Below the pieces are notes generated by a model, which saw nothing but the letters and a program-made list of their open reading frames with translations, was not told the origin of the DNA and made no database searches. Position numbers and translations under genes: made by a program. Shown here one piece after another: positions 36,875 through 51,284 of a stretch of DNA of 64,000 bases. Each line of letters starts with the position of its first letter. Position 1 is the stretch's first letter. Source of the DNA: Octopus sinensis (Eukaryota); the NCBI RefSeq assembly GCF_006345805.1, contig NC_042998.1, positions 171,988,001 to 172,052,000 of the forward strand, in the 5' to 3' direction.

Positions 36875-38060
36875 GTGATCACAAAGTGTTTTTGCCACTC
36901 ATAATTTCAACCCCGGTAATTTCTCCACCACTGTCCATTGAAGCTCATTTAATCTGGATTTTTATCGGATATCTCAAGCAATGAACTGATCATCACAAAA
37001 CTTCATATTGTTTGATATAATATGGATCTAATAGAATAGTTTCGACAAAATTCAAAATCTATTTTTGATATTACTTGTTTGGTCACAATATTATGCAGAA
37101 CGATATGTAATTTCATGATGACCATTACAACAATACCATATTCAATGGAAGTCATTCAGAGCAAACGAAGCGGAGAGAAGGTCTGCGTGGAAGGGCATAT
37201 CTATACGAAGAAAACGGCAGGACCAGACCCAGATGTATTGGGCTTGTGTCCGACGGGACTATGGATGCCTCGGAACGTTGTCCACTGACCTTCAGCGATA
37301 TGACCTTAGACTGGCAGAAATACACGATCATGTATCTGGCTGACATTAACCGGATAAAAGTGGCCAAGATACACGATGTCATGAAAAGGAAAGCCGCTAC
37401 GACTAAGGAGAAGCCTAATTAGATCGTTACAAAATGCACCGAAGAATGCGACAATACCGTAAGAGCGATGTTGTCCACTGAAGAAATCTGCAAGCAGACA
37501 ATATGTAATTAACGGCCCACGCCACCCGAACCTAGATTACTTTCCGAACTGGGGAAATTGCCTGACGAATATAAAACTACAATGCGTGGAGAACATTTCG
37601 TGCTATACGATAATGGCCCAAATCACGATGACAGAATCCTTGCTTTTGCGACTGAAAAGGGAATCAGAGAATTTGAAAGAACTTACCATTGGTTCATGGA
37701 CGGGAATTTCGCGATGACGCCTGCTGTTTTCTCCCAAGTCTATGTAATACGTGTCCCACTCGGAAACAACTCAACTTCGGTTTTCGTCCTGCTGCCAAAC
37801 TATAAAAATAATTAAAAACATATACAGTACCGTTTCTACTTCGCAGATTTTCACCTATCACGTGTGGTTTTGGAACGTAACACCCGCGATAGTCGAGGGA
37901 TTACTGTATACTTATTTTGATGAAATTACGGGATCCAAATCACCAGAAGTTACCAGTGGCGAAATTTACCGGGGACGATATTTCCAGTGGTGAATTTACC
38001 ATGGACAAAATTTCCAGTGGCGAATTTACCGGGGGCGAAATTTTCGGTGTTGACTTTACT
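36875..38060 (+). mobile_element. Mutator-like (MULE) transposon remnant with FLYWCH and MULE transposase fragments
   Basis: MEVIQSKRSGEKVCVEGHIYTKK (FLYWCH-like) and FVLYDNG...RILAFAT...HWFMDGNFAMTPAVFSQVYVI (MULE). About 15-bp subterminal repeats lie at 37945-38050, with complementary units at about 36890-36930. Confidence 0.8.
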
Positions 38061-38084
38061 CGTCGTATGTGTGTGTGTGTGTGT

Positions 38085-38114
<30 letters not shown>

Positions 38115-38122
<8 letters not shown>

Positions 38123-38330
38123 TCCCTCTGCTTGTCCTCCAACACCGCTTGAGAATTGGTGTTAGTGTGTCTACGTTCCTGTAACTTAGCGGTTCGGCAA
38201 AAGATATCGATAGAATAAGTACCAGGTATAAAAAATATACCATTAGAGTCGACTCATTCGACTAAAAATTCTTCAAGGCGGTGCCCCAGCATAGCCACAG
38301 TCAAATGACAGAAACAAGTAAAAGATTAAA
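38115..38330 (+). mobile_element. SINE family 1, 3' part
   Basis: GTAACTTAGCGGTTCGGCAAAAG...CAAATGACAGAAACAAGTAAAAG. Confidence 0.8.
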
Positions 38331-39111
38331 AAAAAAGATATAGAAGAATAAAACAAAAGAAACCGTGTTTTTATTTTGTCACTCCTTATCTCCCTTTATG
38401 AAAATCGGACAGTGATTTTGAAAACGGAGGAAAATCTTCATTTTTAGTCACTGGCTTTTTTTTATATTTATATTTTTGTTTCTACCAAACATAATTAAAA
38501 CACCCTCACCCAGCCAGACTTTTCATGACCTTCTCTCGTTGACAGATATTTTCTGCTTGCACCTTGGGTAAATAAATATTTACTTATGTATTAAATTATC
38601 TTGATGGAAATGGCTCGGGTCGTATTTCTTATTCACAAGAAAAGACAAAAACAAAAGGAGAGAAAAAAAGAGGAGAAAAAAAGGAAAACAAAACCGAGAT
38701 CAAATATGAATTATTTTAATGATCAACAGTTTTGTTGTTGTTGTTGTTGTTATTATTATTATTTGTTTTTTTGTCTTGTATCTGTTGGAGAAGAAAATAG
38801 ATTTTTTAGTCGAATATGTTTCCATCTAAACACATTTAGTTTCCTGATTCTTTCTTTGTTCAGTCGCCCACTCACAGAAAAGACCGCCCACATGTGCTTT
38901 GAATCCAGCTGAATGACCTACCCCGCTTTGATGATAGGGAGTGACATGCTCTTCCATTTCTTCCGCAAAGTGATTTAATTAGTTTGTCTTTTCTATTACA
39001 GTACGGCGTAAGACCTTAACAAAATATGGCGAGGGCAATAGTGCGACCACTGATCTCTTAACATCTGTCTGTCTGTCTGTCTGTCAATCCGTCTGTCTGC
39101 ATAGTATCTAT

Positions 39112-39182
<71 letters not shown>

Positions 39183-40069
39183 CATGTATGTATGTAATTA
39201 CCAAGCAAGTACATATTAAGGTAATTTGCAGGAATTTTATCTTGAGGTTTGGCGACATGTCTCCTCAAATTTCAAGGCTTTTTCTTTGAATTCTTACAGA
39301 ATATGGGATGGTACTTTGTTGCAGTCCGTCGATACAAATCTCAATTTCAATAACTTTCAGTCCTCTTGGCATATTTTGGGTGTTTTGTGAAGTGCACCAA
39401 TTAGCATAGGAACAGGGCCTTTTCTGTTTGGCTTTACCTTTTGAAATTTTACAATTAAGAGGAAATTTTCAAATTTGGTATATTGATGTAATTTTTCACG
39501 CTTAATCTGATGTCATTATTCACTTGTTCCAGGAAATTTCATAGAAAAATGTTACAGAGGTTTAAAGTTTGATCATTTTTACTCAATCAGAAAACAGGAT
39601 ATGGAAGGTGGCATTTTGTGCTTGACGACAATTTAACTCATGGGAAATGCTGGAACAAGGATTACAAAAAAAAACAAAAACAACTCAGTTCAAGTAAACA
39701 ATACATATTTTGTAGCTAGAACGTTAAATAATGAAAAACCAAACCGTAGTTCAGACAGCAACAGACGGGTAAAAGTGGGAAAGCACATCATAAACTACAC
39801 GTGGCACAGGACAGTAACAGACGGGTAAGCAAACTAACAGCTTGGCCTGTTAATATGGAAACAGGCGCCAATATGTCTATTGGCTAAAATTACTCAAAAT
39901 TTGCAAAATGTAAAAGCTATTAACTTATTATTTATTAATTTATGGCAAAAATGAATTTCATTTCCATAATTAGTATGCAAAACTACATCAATACATTACA
40001 TTTAAAATCAATTGAAACAAAATTGAAGGAATTGAAAAGTAAAAGCCAAGCAGAAAAGATCTCACAAAA

Positions 40070-40680
40070 AATCGTTATCTTAGTCTTCCACAGTCTCTTC
40101 ATCTCTCTTGCTAGATCTCCATATTTCTCAATTTCGTTTCAATTTATTTGCTATCGACTTAATTATCATAGAGAATTACAAAGTCCATGATATTTCAGTG
40201 TTTGTTTAGTTTGTCCTCTATAACTTTATCTAGTTTTTTTTTTGCTTCAATAATATGGTCACTCTTTATAAAGAAGTCCTATAAGATCCTATTGTTCTCA
40301 TTCTCTGTCACAGCATCTGGTTCGTGTTCATATGACTTTCCTATTATTTCGAGGCCACGCATTCGGTTAACATATAAATGCGGTCTTTTAGCTACATAGT
40401 CATGCCTGTGCTTATATCTCTTGTATGTTAGCTTACTGCACTCACTCAAGAGATGATTGATACTTTCACTTCCTTTCCTATTGATTCTATATTTGTTGTC
40501 TGACTGAGTTTTGTTGGCATTTGCCTTTATCAAATTCGTCCTAATGACTTGTTCCTGAGCAGCTATAATAATTAGCGCTTCGACCTCTCGTATCAACTTT
40601 CTATCTATCAGCCAGAGCTAGCGTTCTTTACTTCCAACATTTTTCCATCTGCTTGCTCTGTTGTTGTTCTTTCTCTTCTT
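40070..40680 (-). mobile_element. R4/Dong-clade LINE C-terminal remnant (zinc finger / RLE region)
   Basis: EALIIIAAQEQVIRTN...ESINHLLSECSKL...YKHRHDYVAK and EIEKYGDLAREMKRLWKTK. Confidence 0.8.
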
Positions 40681-42269
40681 GAATTATCATTATCATCATG
40701 TCATAATTATTAGAGCGTTGAACAAAATATTTCCTGCATTTGTTCCAGTTTTTTACATTCTGATTTCAAATCTTGCCATGGTCAACTTTGCCTTTCATCC
40801 ACCTAGGATCAATAAAATGTAGTACCAGTCAAGTACTGGGACTGATTTCATTGGCAAAAATCAAACGAACTAAGCCAATTTTACCATTTATTCTTTGGGC
40901 TTCGATAAATAAATTACCAATCCAAAGCAAAAGACAAGTGGTGAGATGCTGGAACGTCAGATGCAATGCATTTTGGCATCTCTTCTCCCTTTGTGTATTC
41001 TGGTTTCAAATCCGACTTCCAATTTCCGAAAAAGAAATTGAAGAAACGAGTTCTCTTTCGAGATCCAGCAAAACTGATAAATTTTAGAAGCCCTTAAGCA
41101 AGGACTTCTCATGTTTTCCGGCTGGCCGCTCTCAATGTCAGCATATCCAGCTGACGGAAGAGAATGCATGAGTTCCTGAAAGTCCTGTGCACTTAAAGAA
41201 CAAATATTAGTAATAAATATTTCTTTGTTTTGTTTTTTTTATTATTTTACTGATTTCAATCATGGGGCTGCGGCTATGTTAAAACTCGGTCTTTAAGGGT
41301 TCCAACATTGATATCTGCCCGATTTATATTTTGTTGGTGAGCATGATTATTTCTTTATGTTTCTGAAGGAAGCAAAACTGAAATAATCTAAATGGAGAAT
41401 ATCTTCGAGATATACTGGAGATGTTCCCTCATATGTCATTCACAAATGTGTCCTTAAAATTTTTTGTGAAAACAACGTTATTGCATTCAACATCGGCAAA
41501 TCATATGTGTTTGATGTGCAAATCTCCTTGCAAACCTAACTGTCTATTGGTTCAACCTTGTATCATTTAGATCGGTGAATTAAATCTTTTGGATAGCCCA
41601 ACGTATACTGATGGAGCTTCTCTAACCCATACTCTGTCTACGCTGGTCTGGTGCGATCCAAAGTTCGGATTTGTTCACCGCAGTTTTCATTCGCCTTCAC
41701 CAACGTCCTACTGGCTGCTACCTCCGATAACGCCAATTTTCATGCAGATATAATATCTCACTTAATTCATCCCTAACTTTCCACACACATCTATCACCTC
41801 CATGTAGCCTAGCAGTCTCATGTGAAACCTGCACTGATTCCTATGGAATCAGAAGCTTCGCAGACATTATCACGTGAGGTTAGGCGAACCATGCCCTCTT
41901 CAATATCCAAAATGGAAAACTGATCTTATATCTGAGAGTACTCGTACAAACATCCGAGATCGTATCTAATGAAAGATCACCTGACTGACTTGTATGTAGT
42001 CACTCATCAACGTACTCCAGTTATGGTCCACAGATGTACTCATCTCTGAAGTTCTGGAGCCACTACATCTTAATGGAGTCATTCCATCTTAAGCGCACTC
42101 AGCGCTCACCTCATCAAGAAGGCGTAAAGGTTAAAAAATTAAAAAATCCCCCAAAACTCAAAATCCTTATATCTGCTTCAACTCTAAAAATGAGATATTT
42201 TAAAAATGACCTCATATGGTCTAGTACATACTAGATGAGAGGAAAGCCGAGCTTCCGGACTGCAAATTA

Positions 42270-42963
42270 CCTTCGAGAACCACCTTACGATGAAAGGCAT
42301 CTTCTTCGCACACCGAACGTCACAAAGTATCCATACGATGAATGTTGGGTTCACCAATTTGATCCAGAGACAAAGAGACAATCCATGCATTGGAAATACC
42401 CCTCCTCACCTGCTCCAAAGTACGCTAAGGTCGTTTCATCTGCAGGGAAGTTGATGGCCTCAGGTTTGGGGAGTGCAAAAAAAAAATAGCCACACTACCA
42501 ATGAAGAGTATTATGTCAACTTGATGAGGCAGTTACGAAAGGCTATCAAAACCAAACACCCAGAAAAAAATGACGGAAAGGGTCTCGTTTCATCTGGACA
42601 ATGTTCCAGAAGAAATGTCGTTGAATTCAATGGTTGCTCAGTATGATTATGACTTCGAACTGGTTGATCACTTAGCTTATTCTCCTGATTTGGCTTGTTC
42701 TGACTATCATATGTTCCTCAACATTAAAAAAAAAACACCTGGTTGGAAACCAGTATCGCTGTGATGATAACTTCAAATCCATCGATGATGACTTTTTTGA
42801 CCAAAAGGATAACAGCTTCTTCACCAATCGGATCCAAGCATTGCGACACCGATGGAAGAAGTATGTGGATCGCAAGAGGTCCATGTTGAAAAATAAACCT
42901 CATTTGGTCACATTCCATTAGAGTATCATGGTCAGCCTACGAACTTTTCTGCCGACCCTCGTA
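42270..42963 (+). mobile_element. Mariner transposase remnant with right TIR
   Basis: DECWVHQFDPETKRQSMHWK, SAGKLMA, FHLDNV and DHLAYSPDLACSDYHMF; ends AACTTTTCTGCCGACCCTCG-TA. Confidence 0.85.
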
Positions 42964-43191
42964 CTAGATCATTCATTTGTTATTTAGATGGATCTGATGA
43001 TTGTAAGACCTTTCTTCAGATTCTCTTGGGACCGTTTCTTACAAGAAACTAATACTAACCCACATATGAATAATTGTATTATATCCATAAGTAAATATTC
43101 GATTCTTCATTTCAATTGAGCTATAGCAATGCTTGTTAACTTATATAATACAATACACATATAAGTATATATATACATATGCGTGTATGCG

Positions 43192-43234
<43 letters not shown>

Positions 43235-43275
43235 TGTGTGTGGCCTGAGTATGTGCGCGCGCTTGTGTGCGTGTA

Positions 43276-43319
<44 letters not shown>

Positions 43320-44013
43320 CGTGTGCGTGCGAGTAACACCTTTCAAGTGCTACAAAGTTAAACTTTATGATGAAAAGTGTTACTGTTGTAACCCTCCCAG
43401 CTTTCATTTTTACCATCGTGTATCTTGGAATATATTATCGTATGTTCCTCCATTTACAAGATGTTAGAGTGGGATATGAGCAAGAAATAGCAGTTATTTT
43501 CAACTGGTTGAACGACAATATAGACGTTTTCTGCTTAATATCGATATTTAAGCCTTTGGTAAGTCGAAACCGTGCTGACATACTATCAAAGTCATTCTAA
43601 CCGTAACCAACCGGTAATTTCCTACGGATGATCATTAGGGACAACATTATCCAGATTGTTCCTCTCGATGTAATACGAGAGAAATTTGTTTGTTATTTTC
43701 AGCAGAACGAGCGGCCAAATACAAGACTCCGAAGATTTTTGTAGTGGTAAAAATTAAGATTTTAATGGAGTAAAGAAGAATAAGATGATAAAAAAAAAAC
43801 AGAAAGAGAGAGCAAGGATGAGATAGATAGATATATAGATAGATAGGTAGAGAGAAAGAGAGAGAGAGGGAGAGAAAGAGAGAGAGGAAGGAGGAGAGAA
43901 GCGATGAGGGATAGAGGGTACTCAATAAGTTATATTCTTAAGTAAACAGACATAAAGCAAGATAAAGAGATGGAAAAATAGATAGATAAATGAATAAATA
44001 GATAGAAAGATAA

Positions 44014-44109
<96 letters not shown>

Positions 44110-44295
44110 TATATTTCTTATGCCCACAGAGTGCTAAACATAGAGGGGACAAACAAGGACAGACAAAGGTTTAAGTCGATAACATCGACCCCAGTGCGTA
44201 GCTGGTACTTATTTAATCGACTCCGAAAGGATGAAAGGCAAAGTCAACCTCGGCGGAGTTTGTACTCAGAACGTAACAGCAGACAAAATACCATC
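44110..44295 (-). mobile_element. SINE family 4, truncated
   Basis: Matches the unit at 35082-35297. Confidence 0.8.
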
Positions 44296-44483
44296 ATAAT
44301 AGATAATAGATAGATAGACAAAAGAATAAATCGAAACATTGAATGAAAGGCAAAGTCTGAAATTTAGAGAACTACACACACACACACACACACACACAAC
44401 ACACACACACACATGTATGTATGCACACACACATATATATGTATGTACAGATATACAAATACACACACACATATAAATATATG

Positions 44484-44538
<55 letters not shown>

Positions 44539-44631
44539 TATACATACATACATATACATACATATACATATATGTACATATATAAACACATGCATATATG
44601 TCTATTAATCTCTTTCTCTCTTATATGTATG

Positions 44632-44676
<45 letters not shown>

Positions 44677-44794
44677 TATATATACATACACACACACACA
44701 CACATATATATACATACATACATACATATATATATATACGTACAAACATATATATATACATACATATATATATATGTATGTATATTATATATAT

Positions 44795-44840
<46 letters not shown>

Positions 44841-45417
44841 AAAAGGGAAGGAGAAGGGAAAAGAGAGAAACAAAAAAAGAGAGAGAGAGAGAGACTGGAA
44901 GAAAGAAAGAAATGGGTAATTGCTCAGGAGACAGACTGACACACATTTATCCTGGCCTAAAAGTAGCACTAGCAGACAGGATTTAATCTGGCAGAAGAAG
45001 CGCAAGGCAAACAAGAGAGGAAAGTCAGTGCAAAGCACGATATTAATGAGAGGTTTTCGGTTTTTTTGGCGTTGGACCCAGACAGGGCGAGGAGGAGAGA
45101 GGACTAAGGAGATATAAGTAGTTTTTGTGGGATGAGGTGTGTGTTTCTACAGAGAGGTTAATGTACTATCAGCACGTATATGTGTACATACATACATAAA
45201 TAATTACATACGAACATATATACATGTATACATGCATATGTGTGTGTGTGTGTGTATATATATATATAATATATATATATAATATACAAACATACATACA
45301 TACATACACGCACACACACACACAACACACATTCATTTATTTACATGTATACACACACACAAACACACTATATATGTGATATATATATATATATATCATC
45401 ATATCATCATCATCATC

Positions 45418-45580
45418 ATCATCAATCGTTCAACGTCCGCTTTCCATGCTAGCATGGGTTGGACGGTTCAACTGGGGTCTGGGAAGCCCGAAGGCTGCAC
45501 CAGGCCAGTCAGATCTGGTAGTGTTTCTACTGCTGGATGCCCTTCCTAACGCCAACCACTCCGTGAGTGTAGTGGGTGCT
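45418..45580 (-). mobile_element. Probable retroelement 3' end with a (GAT)n tail
   Basis: (CAT)n followed by CGTTCAACGTCCGCTTTCCATGCTAGCATGGGTTGGACGG. It resembles an RTE-type 3' end, from recall only. Confidence 0.45.
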
Positions 45581-45621
<41 letters not shown>

Positions 45622-45679
45622 GATATATGATTGATTGATTGATTGATTGATTCTAGTTTCAGCTTATGAGCTGTGGCCA

Positions 45680-47262
45680 TGCTGGGGCACCGCCATTTGG
45701 TGTTGCTACTTGGTTTCACTTCATGGAGGCTTTCTAGCAACTGCTATTTGGTGCATGAGAGAGTTCGATGCAGCTGCCCTCATCTGCCCCTCCTGCCGTG
45801 AAGTTGGTTCATCTGGGACACCTGACAGGAAGAGATCCAGCTCCATTTTAAAGACATCTGTATCCACCCCATGCAGGTCTCTCAGGTTCATCGGGAGGAT
45901 ATTGAAGAGCTGTGGGCCTCGGAAGCCCAGGCTATCACAGAATCTTGTCCTACATCTTGATGGCAAGTTTGGAGTGCTAGGCACCACGCAATGGCGCCCA
46001 GTTCTGGCATTTGCGTAACTCTCGATGCCAAAGTTCAGGACACTTCCCTCCAGGATCTTCCAGATGTATATTATGGCATATCTTTCCCGCCTACGCTCCA
46101 GGGAATATAATTTTAATCTCTTGAGTCTTTCCAGTAGCTTACATTCTGCATAGGCTATCTTCTCATGTAGTCGTTGGATCGCCTCAAGTTCTGTGATCAA
46201 CTTGACACTGGATGGTGACCATAGCTGAGAGCAATAGTCAAAGTGACTTAGGACAAGTGTCTTCCAGACGACCATCATGGTTTCTTGTTCTCTTGTTCTA
46301 AAGGTTCTAAGAATCCATCCAGCCAGCCGTCTGCATTTCATTGTCAGTTTAGAACATGTACATGAAAGGTCGCGTCATCACTCATGTGAATACCCAGGTC
46401 ACGCAGATTGTGCCTCTGGGATTGCAATCCCTCCGGGTCCAGTGTATTCCTTGGGTATTGCATTCAGTTTTGCATGCTGATAGTATAAAGCTTGAAACTT
46501 TTCAGCATTGAACTGCATGCTATTCTTTTCAGCCCACTTGTATTTTCGTCCAGCTCATATTGCAGGTGCCTAGTGTCTTCAGGGTTCTGTATTGCCTGTG
46601 AAACTTTTGTATCATCTGCATAACTTGTGATCGTGGCTCTCGCGTGGCTGAGGGCATGTCTGAGAGGGCCATTATGAACAGTAGTGGTCTCAAAACAGTG
46701 CCCTGTGGAACACCGCTCACTATTTGCGTGCTAATGGAAGTGGCCCCATTGGCTACTACCCACCTGACTTCTATTCTTCAGAAGTCGTGAAGCCATTCTC
46801 CAGTTTTCCAACTATGCCCAAGTTCACGCAGTTTGTGACATATCATTCCATGATCGACTTTATCGAAGCTTTGCGAAGTCGAGATATATGACTTCCACAT
46901 TGAGTGTTGAGCAGTTGTTTCAACCCAGTCATAGTGCTGCAGGAGCTGAGTTAAGCAGCTTCTTCCTGGTCGGAAACCATGTTGGGTGTCAGGCAGCAAG
47001 TCATTTTCTTCAAGGAAGGTGATTAGTTTCTTCTGACTATTCGTTCCATGACCTTGCTGATGTGTGAGGTCAGAGAGATAGGTCTGTAGTTCTTGGCCTC
47101 CGCTCTGCTACCTCCTTTATGAATGGCAATTTTACCTTCCTTCAGTTTTCTTGGAAGTTTGCCAGCTGCAAGGAAGCTCTGAAAGAGGAACTGCAGTGGT
47201 CTTGCTAGACTCTCTTACATATTTAGGAGGATTGCCGGGAATCCATCGGGGCCAATAGCTGA
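45680..47262 (-). mobile_element. CR1-group LINE, 5'-truncated, frameshifted RT
   Basis: QHGFRPGRSCLTQLL, FDKVDH, SGVPQGTVLRPLLF, YADDT and GWILRTF...SHFDYCSQLWSP...LYSLERRRERY. Confidence 0.9.
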
Positions 47263-47312
47263 GTATACATATATATGTATATATATGTATATATATGTAT
47301 ATATATATATAT

Positions 47313-47344
<32 letters not shown>

Positions 47345-47606
47345 ATATAGATATGTGTGTGTGGTGTGTGTGTGTGTATGTAGGTGTGTAGTATGTATGT
47401 ATGTATGTATGTATGTATGTATGTATGTATGTATATAAAAACCTTGTTGTATGCTAATCAAAGCACGTTCACAGTTATTGGTTACCGAATGTCATCATAC
47501 AGTGCAAATGCTCTTGCTACTGGATATACGTCAGGAATTCCATAGTATCCGTAGAGTTTATATGAATAGAAGCATATTAGAAAATAGATCGATCGACATT
47601 CTTTAT

Positions 47607-47717
47607 TTAAAATCATTACAATTGTTTCGACACGTTTTAATATTTGGAGTACATAGGTGAGATGATGTAATTAAATCTTTCACGATGTAAGATGTATTCT
47701 TCGGTAGATTGTTTTAA
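47607..47717 (-). ncRNA. Degenerate hammerhead-like motif (HHR-I), CCGAAGA core
   Basis: The reverse complement reads aaucua-CCGAAGA-auac...guguc-GAAA-CAAUUG-UA-augauu. Stem III is palindromic; stems I and II are imperfect. Confidence 0.5.
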
Positions 47718-48137
47718 ATAATTCCTTCGTTTGATCATACTTTCATTTCATCAAGCGTGAGAAAGAATACCCAAAGTAGGGTGCAATTTTCAGCAATTTG
47801 CGGACAAAGCTTAACTCAGGAAAACAAAATACTGTTATAATCAAAATTAAAAAATACAGAAAGAGAAAGAAACAAAAACCTCATCAAGTTGACAATAAAT
47901 TACAATTCTGTCTTCATGGTCTGATTATAAGGAAGAAAAGGTAAAACAGAATGAAGAGTAAAATTAAGTGTTTAGCTATAGCAACGTGAAAGTGATGAAA
48001 ACTGACCATTTTTGTGCTTATCAACTGTTACCTTGAAGGATCTAAATCAACCCTACCTTTCACAATTTTATTATATTCCCTTATTTCTGGCTCTATAATA
48101 GTTATAATGTATATAAGAAGTATATATACATTCATGA

Positions 48138-48475
48138 AGGCGCATGGCTCAGTGGTTAGAGCATCATCTTATGATCGTGAGGTTGTGAGCTCGAATCCCG
48201 GACCGGGCTGCGTGTTGTGTTCTTGAGCAAGGCACTTTATTTCACGTTGCTCCAGTTCACTGAGCTGTAGAAATGAGTTGCGACGTCACTGGTGCCAAGC
48301 TGTATCGACCTTTGTCTTTCCCTTGGATAACACTGGTGGCGTGGAGAGGGGAGGCTGGTATGCATGGGCGACTGCTGGTCTTCCATAAACAACCTTGCCC
48401 GGACTTGTGTCTAGGAGGGTAACTTTCTAGGTGCAATCCCATGGTCATTCATGACCGAAGGGGGTCTTTACCCCT
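48138..48475 (+). mobile_element. tRNA-derived SINE family 2
   Basis: GGCGCATGGCTCAGTGGTTAGAGC...CGAATCCC head; the body matches 23182-23520. Confidence 0.85.
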
Positions 48476-48809
48476 TATATACATTCATATATAAACATAT
48501 ACTTGTATATAAATATTCTTTCATACACGCATATATAAAGCAGTGCATATAATATACTTGGCCGCTTTTGTATACACATACAAGTGATATATATATCACT
48601 TGTTAAGGTTATATAGCCTTACTGATTGTGTTACGGCGTCTCGTATACGAGACACCTGATCGAATGAGATCGAATATGAAAATGAATAATGGACGTATAT
48701 GCCATATTTCAGAATCTTTTGCTCCTGCATTAGCACCCATCCAACCCATTAATCATCCAAGAACTCATTGCTTAAATAGCCACTAAATATAGCGGTTCAG
48801 CGTTATTGG

Positions 48810-49217
48810 CTTTACTCTTTTACTATTTTATTTGTTTCAGTCATTTGACAGCGGCCATGCTGGAGCACCACCTTTAATCGAGCAACTCGACCCCGGGACT
48901 TATTCTTTTGTAAGCCCAGTACTTATTTTATCGTTCTCTTTTTGCCGAACCGCTAAGTAACGGGGACATAAACACACCAGCATCGGTTGTCAAGCAATGC
49001 TAGGGGGACAAACGCAAACATACACGCACACACACATATGCATATATATACATATATACGACGGGCTTCTATCAGCTTCCGTCTACCAAATCCACTCGCA
49101 AGGCTTTGGTCGGCCCGAGGCTATAGTAGAAGACACTTACCCAAGGTGCCACGCAGTGGGACTGAACCCAGAACCATGTGGTTGGTAAACAAGTTACTTA
49201 CCACACAGCCACTCCTT
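48810..49217 (-). mobile_element. SINE family 1, near full length
   Basis: Matches 16419-16857. Confidence 0.9.
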
Positions 49218-49377
49218 TTACTAATTTTATATATTAAAAACGTTCCTGGAAGCTTGTATGTAGGGACACCGTATTTCTAGCACACTAGAACGTAGTACTG
49301 ACTTATAAAAATGTTTAATATACTTTGTATATGATGATTGCATAATGAAATACGGTGTCCCTACAGGTCATTAATGT

Positions 49378-49690
49378 GGAGGCGTAATGGCCCAGTGGTT
49401 AGGGCAGCGGACTCACGGTCTGAGGATCGCGGTTTCGATTCCCAGATCGGGCGTTGTGTGTGTGTTATTGAGCGAAAACATCTAAAGCTCCACGATACTC
49501 CGGCAGGGGGTGGTGGCGACCACTGTTGTACTCTTTCGCACCAACTTTCTCTCACTCTTTCTTCTAGTTTCTTGAGTAACGCTGCGATGAACTGGCGTCC
49601 CGTATAGCTAGGGGAAACACATACGCCACAGAAACCGGGAAACCGGGCCCATGAGCCTGGCTAGGCTAGAAAAAGGCACATTAATAAAAA
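49378..49690 (+). mobile_element. tRNA-derived SINE family 3 with a different tail
   Basis: The head has the same structure as 31329; the 3' half diverges after CTTTCTCTCACTCTT and ends A-rich. Confidence 0.8.
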
Positions 49691-49722
49691 AAAAGCAGGT
49701 CATTAATATATGTGTCTACACA

Positions 49723-49761
<39 letters not shown>

Positions 49762-50916
49762 CATGTATCTGTTTATATATGAAAATGTATATACTTCTTA
49801 TATACATTCTTATTATTAAAGAGCTCAGAAATACAGAGAATGTAATGATGTAAAAGAAAATATTGACATATGAGTAACATAAAATATACCTACATATATC
49901 TATTTATATTTACACATATATACACTTCTAATAAATGTCCTCACTATTTTTGCTATATATATATTAATATAGGCTGAGTTTAACTCAAATTGAAGGTGGT
50001 ATATATAATTATATTAAGTACTCGTTTACATCCGCCAGCTTTTCCGGACGCTTAATGCTCCGGCGCCTCCGTGGTGACAGTGGTCTTGATTTTAAAGCGC
50101 GCGAAGCCACGAATACGTCTCGTAAACCAACTGATGAGAAAAATCCGCTATGAATGTTCCTTGTATAGTGCTTATGTTTTCGCCCAGTTTTCGTCTAAGT
50201 TTTCCCTTTGTTATATTCTTTTTGTTTAACCTTTGGAATATGCATTGTAGCGCCACGTACTCCCTACAAACACACACACATACACACACACACACTAACG
50301 CGCGCGCGCGCACACACACACACACCACACACATACACACACATACACACAGTTCAAATTTACGGAAGCAAACGACGAAGACAGGTGCGGGAACAACAAG
50401 CAGATATATTAATTTAACGAACGAGAAGAGGCTGAGTGAAATGTGACCTGGATGAACTAGGGTGCGCAAGCGCATGTGTGAATGTGTATGCGTGAATGGG
50501 GGCAAGTATGTGTTAATGTATGTATGGGCGAGCTTAAAATTACGTGGGCCTCTGTGTAGGAGTGTGTGTGTGTATGTGTATAAGTAGTGCGTGTATTGTG
50601 TGGCCTGATGTGCGTTTCGTGTATTTGTGGGTATGTGGGCATATGGGCGTGTGTATATGTGTGAAGCTATTACCTATGTGTATGTGTGTATCAATGTGTG
50701 TGTGTTCGTGTACAAACGCTTGTGCGTAACAGTTAATGTGTGCCTGATCGAGAGATGTGTGCACTTCTGTGTGTGCGTGTGTGTGTGTGTGTTAGTGTGT
50801 ATATGTGTCACATTCATTTAATGTTCTTAAAACAGATAAATTGATGCAATATAATAAAGAAAAATTAAAGTAAAATAAGCAGATTGCATCAATAGAATTT
50901 TAGATATTAATTTTTT

Positions 50917-51281
50917 TTACTACCAGTCACATGGTTCCGGGTTCAGTCCCACTGCCTGGCACCTTGGGCAAGTGTCTTCTACTATAGCCTCGGGCCGACC
51001 AAAGCCTTGTGAGTGGATTTGGTAGACGGAAACTGAAAGAAGCCGTCGTATATATGTATGTGTATGTATGTGTGTTTGTGTGACTGTGTTTGTCCCCCTA
51101 GCATTGCTTGACAACCGATGCTGGTGTGTTTATGTCCCCGTAACTTAGTGGTTCGGCAAAAGAGACCGAGAGAATAAGTACTAGGCTTACAAAGAATAAG
51201 TCCCGGGGTCGAGTTGCTCGATTAAAGGCGGTGCTCCAGCATGGCCACAGTCAAATGACTGAAACAAGTAAAAGAGTAAAA
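50917..51281 (+). mobile_element. SINE family 1, slightly 5'-truncated
   Basis: Matches the other copies. Confidence 0.9.
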
Positions 51282-51284
51282 CTA

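Noticed and set aside
37945-38050. Short spaced repeats resembling a CRISPR array
   Set aside because: They are ~15-bp degenerate tandem units without unique spacers at the end of a MULE remnant, in eukaryotic context with no cas genes.
48581-48653. Short palindromes CAAGTGATATATATATCACTTG and GTCTCGTATACGAGAC
   Set aside because: Too short and isolated to assign a function or element.
23182-49450. tRNA-like sequences at 23182, 31329, 48138 and 49378
   Set aside because: They continue into shared repeat bodies, so they are SINE heads rather than tRNA genes.
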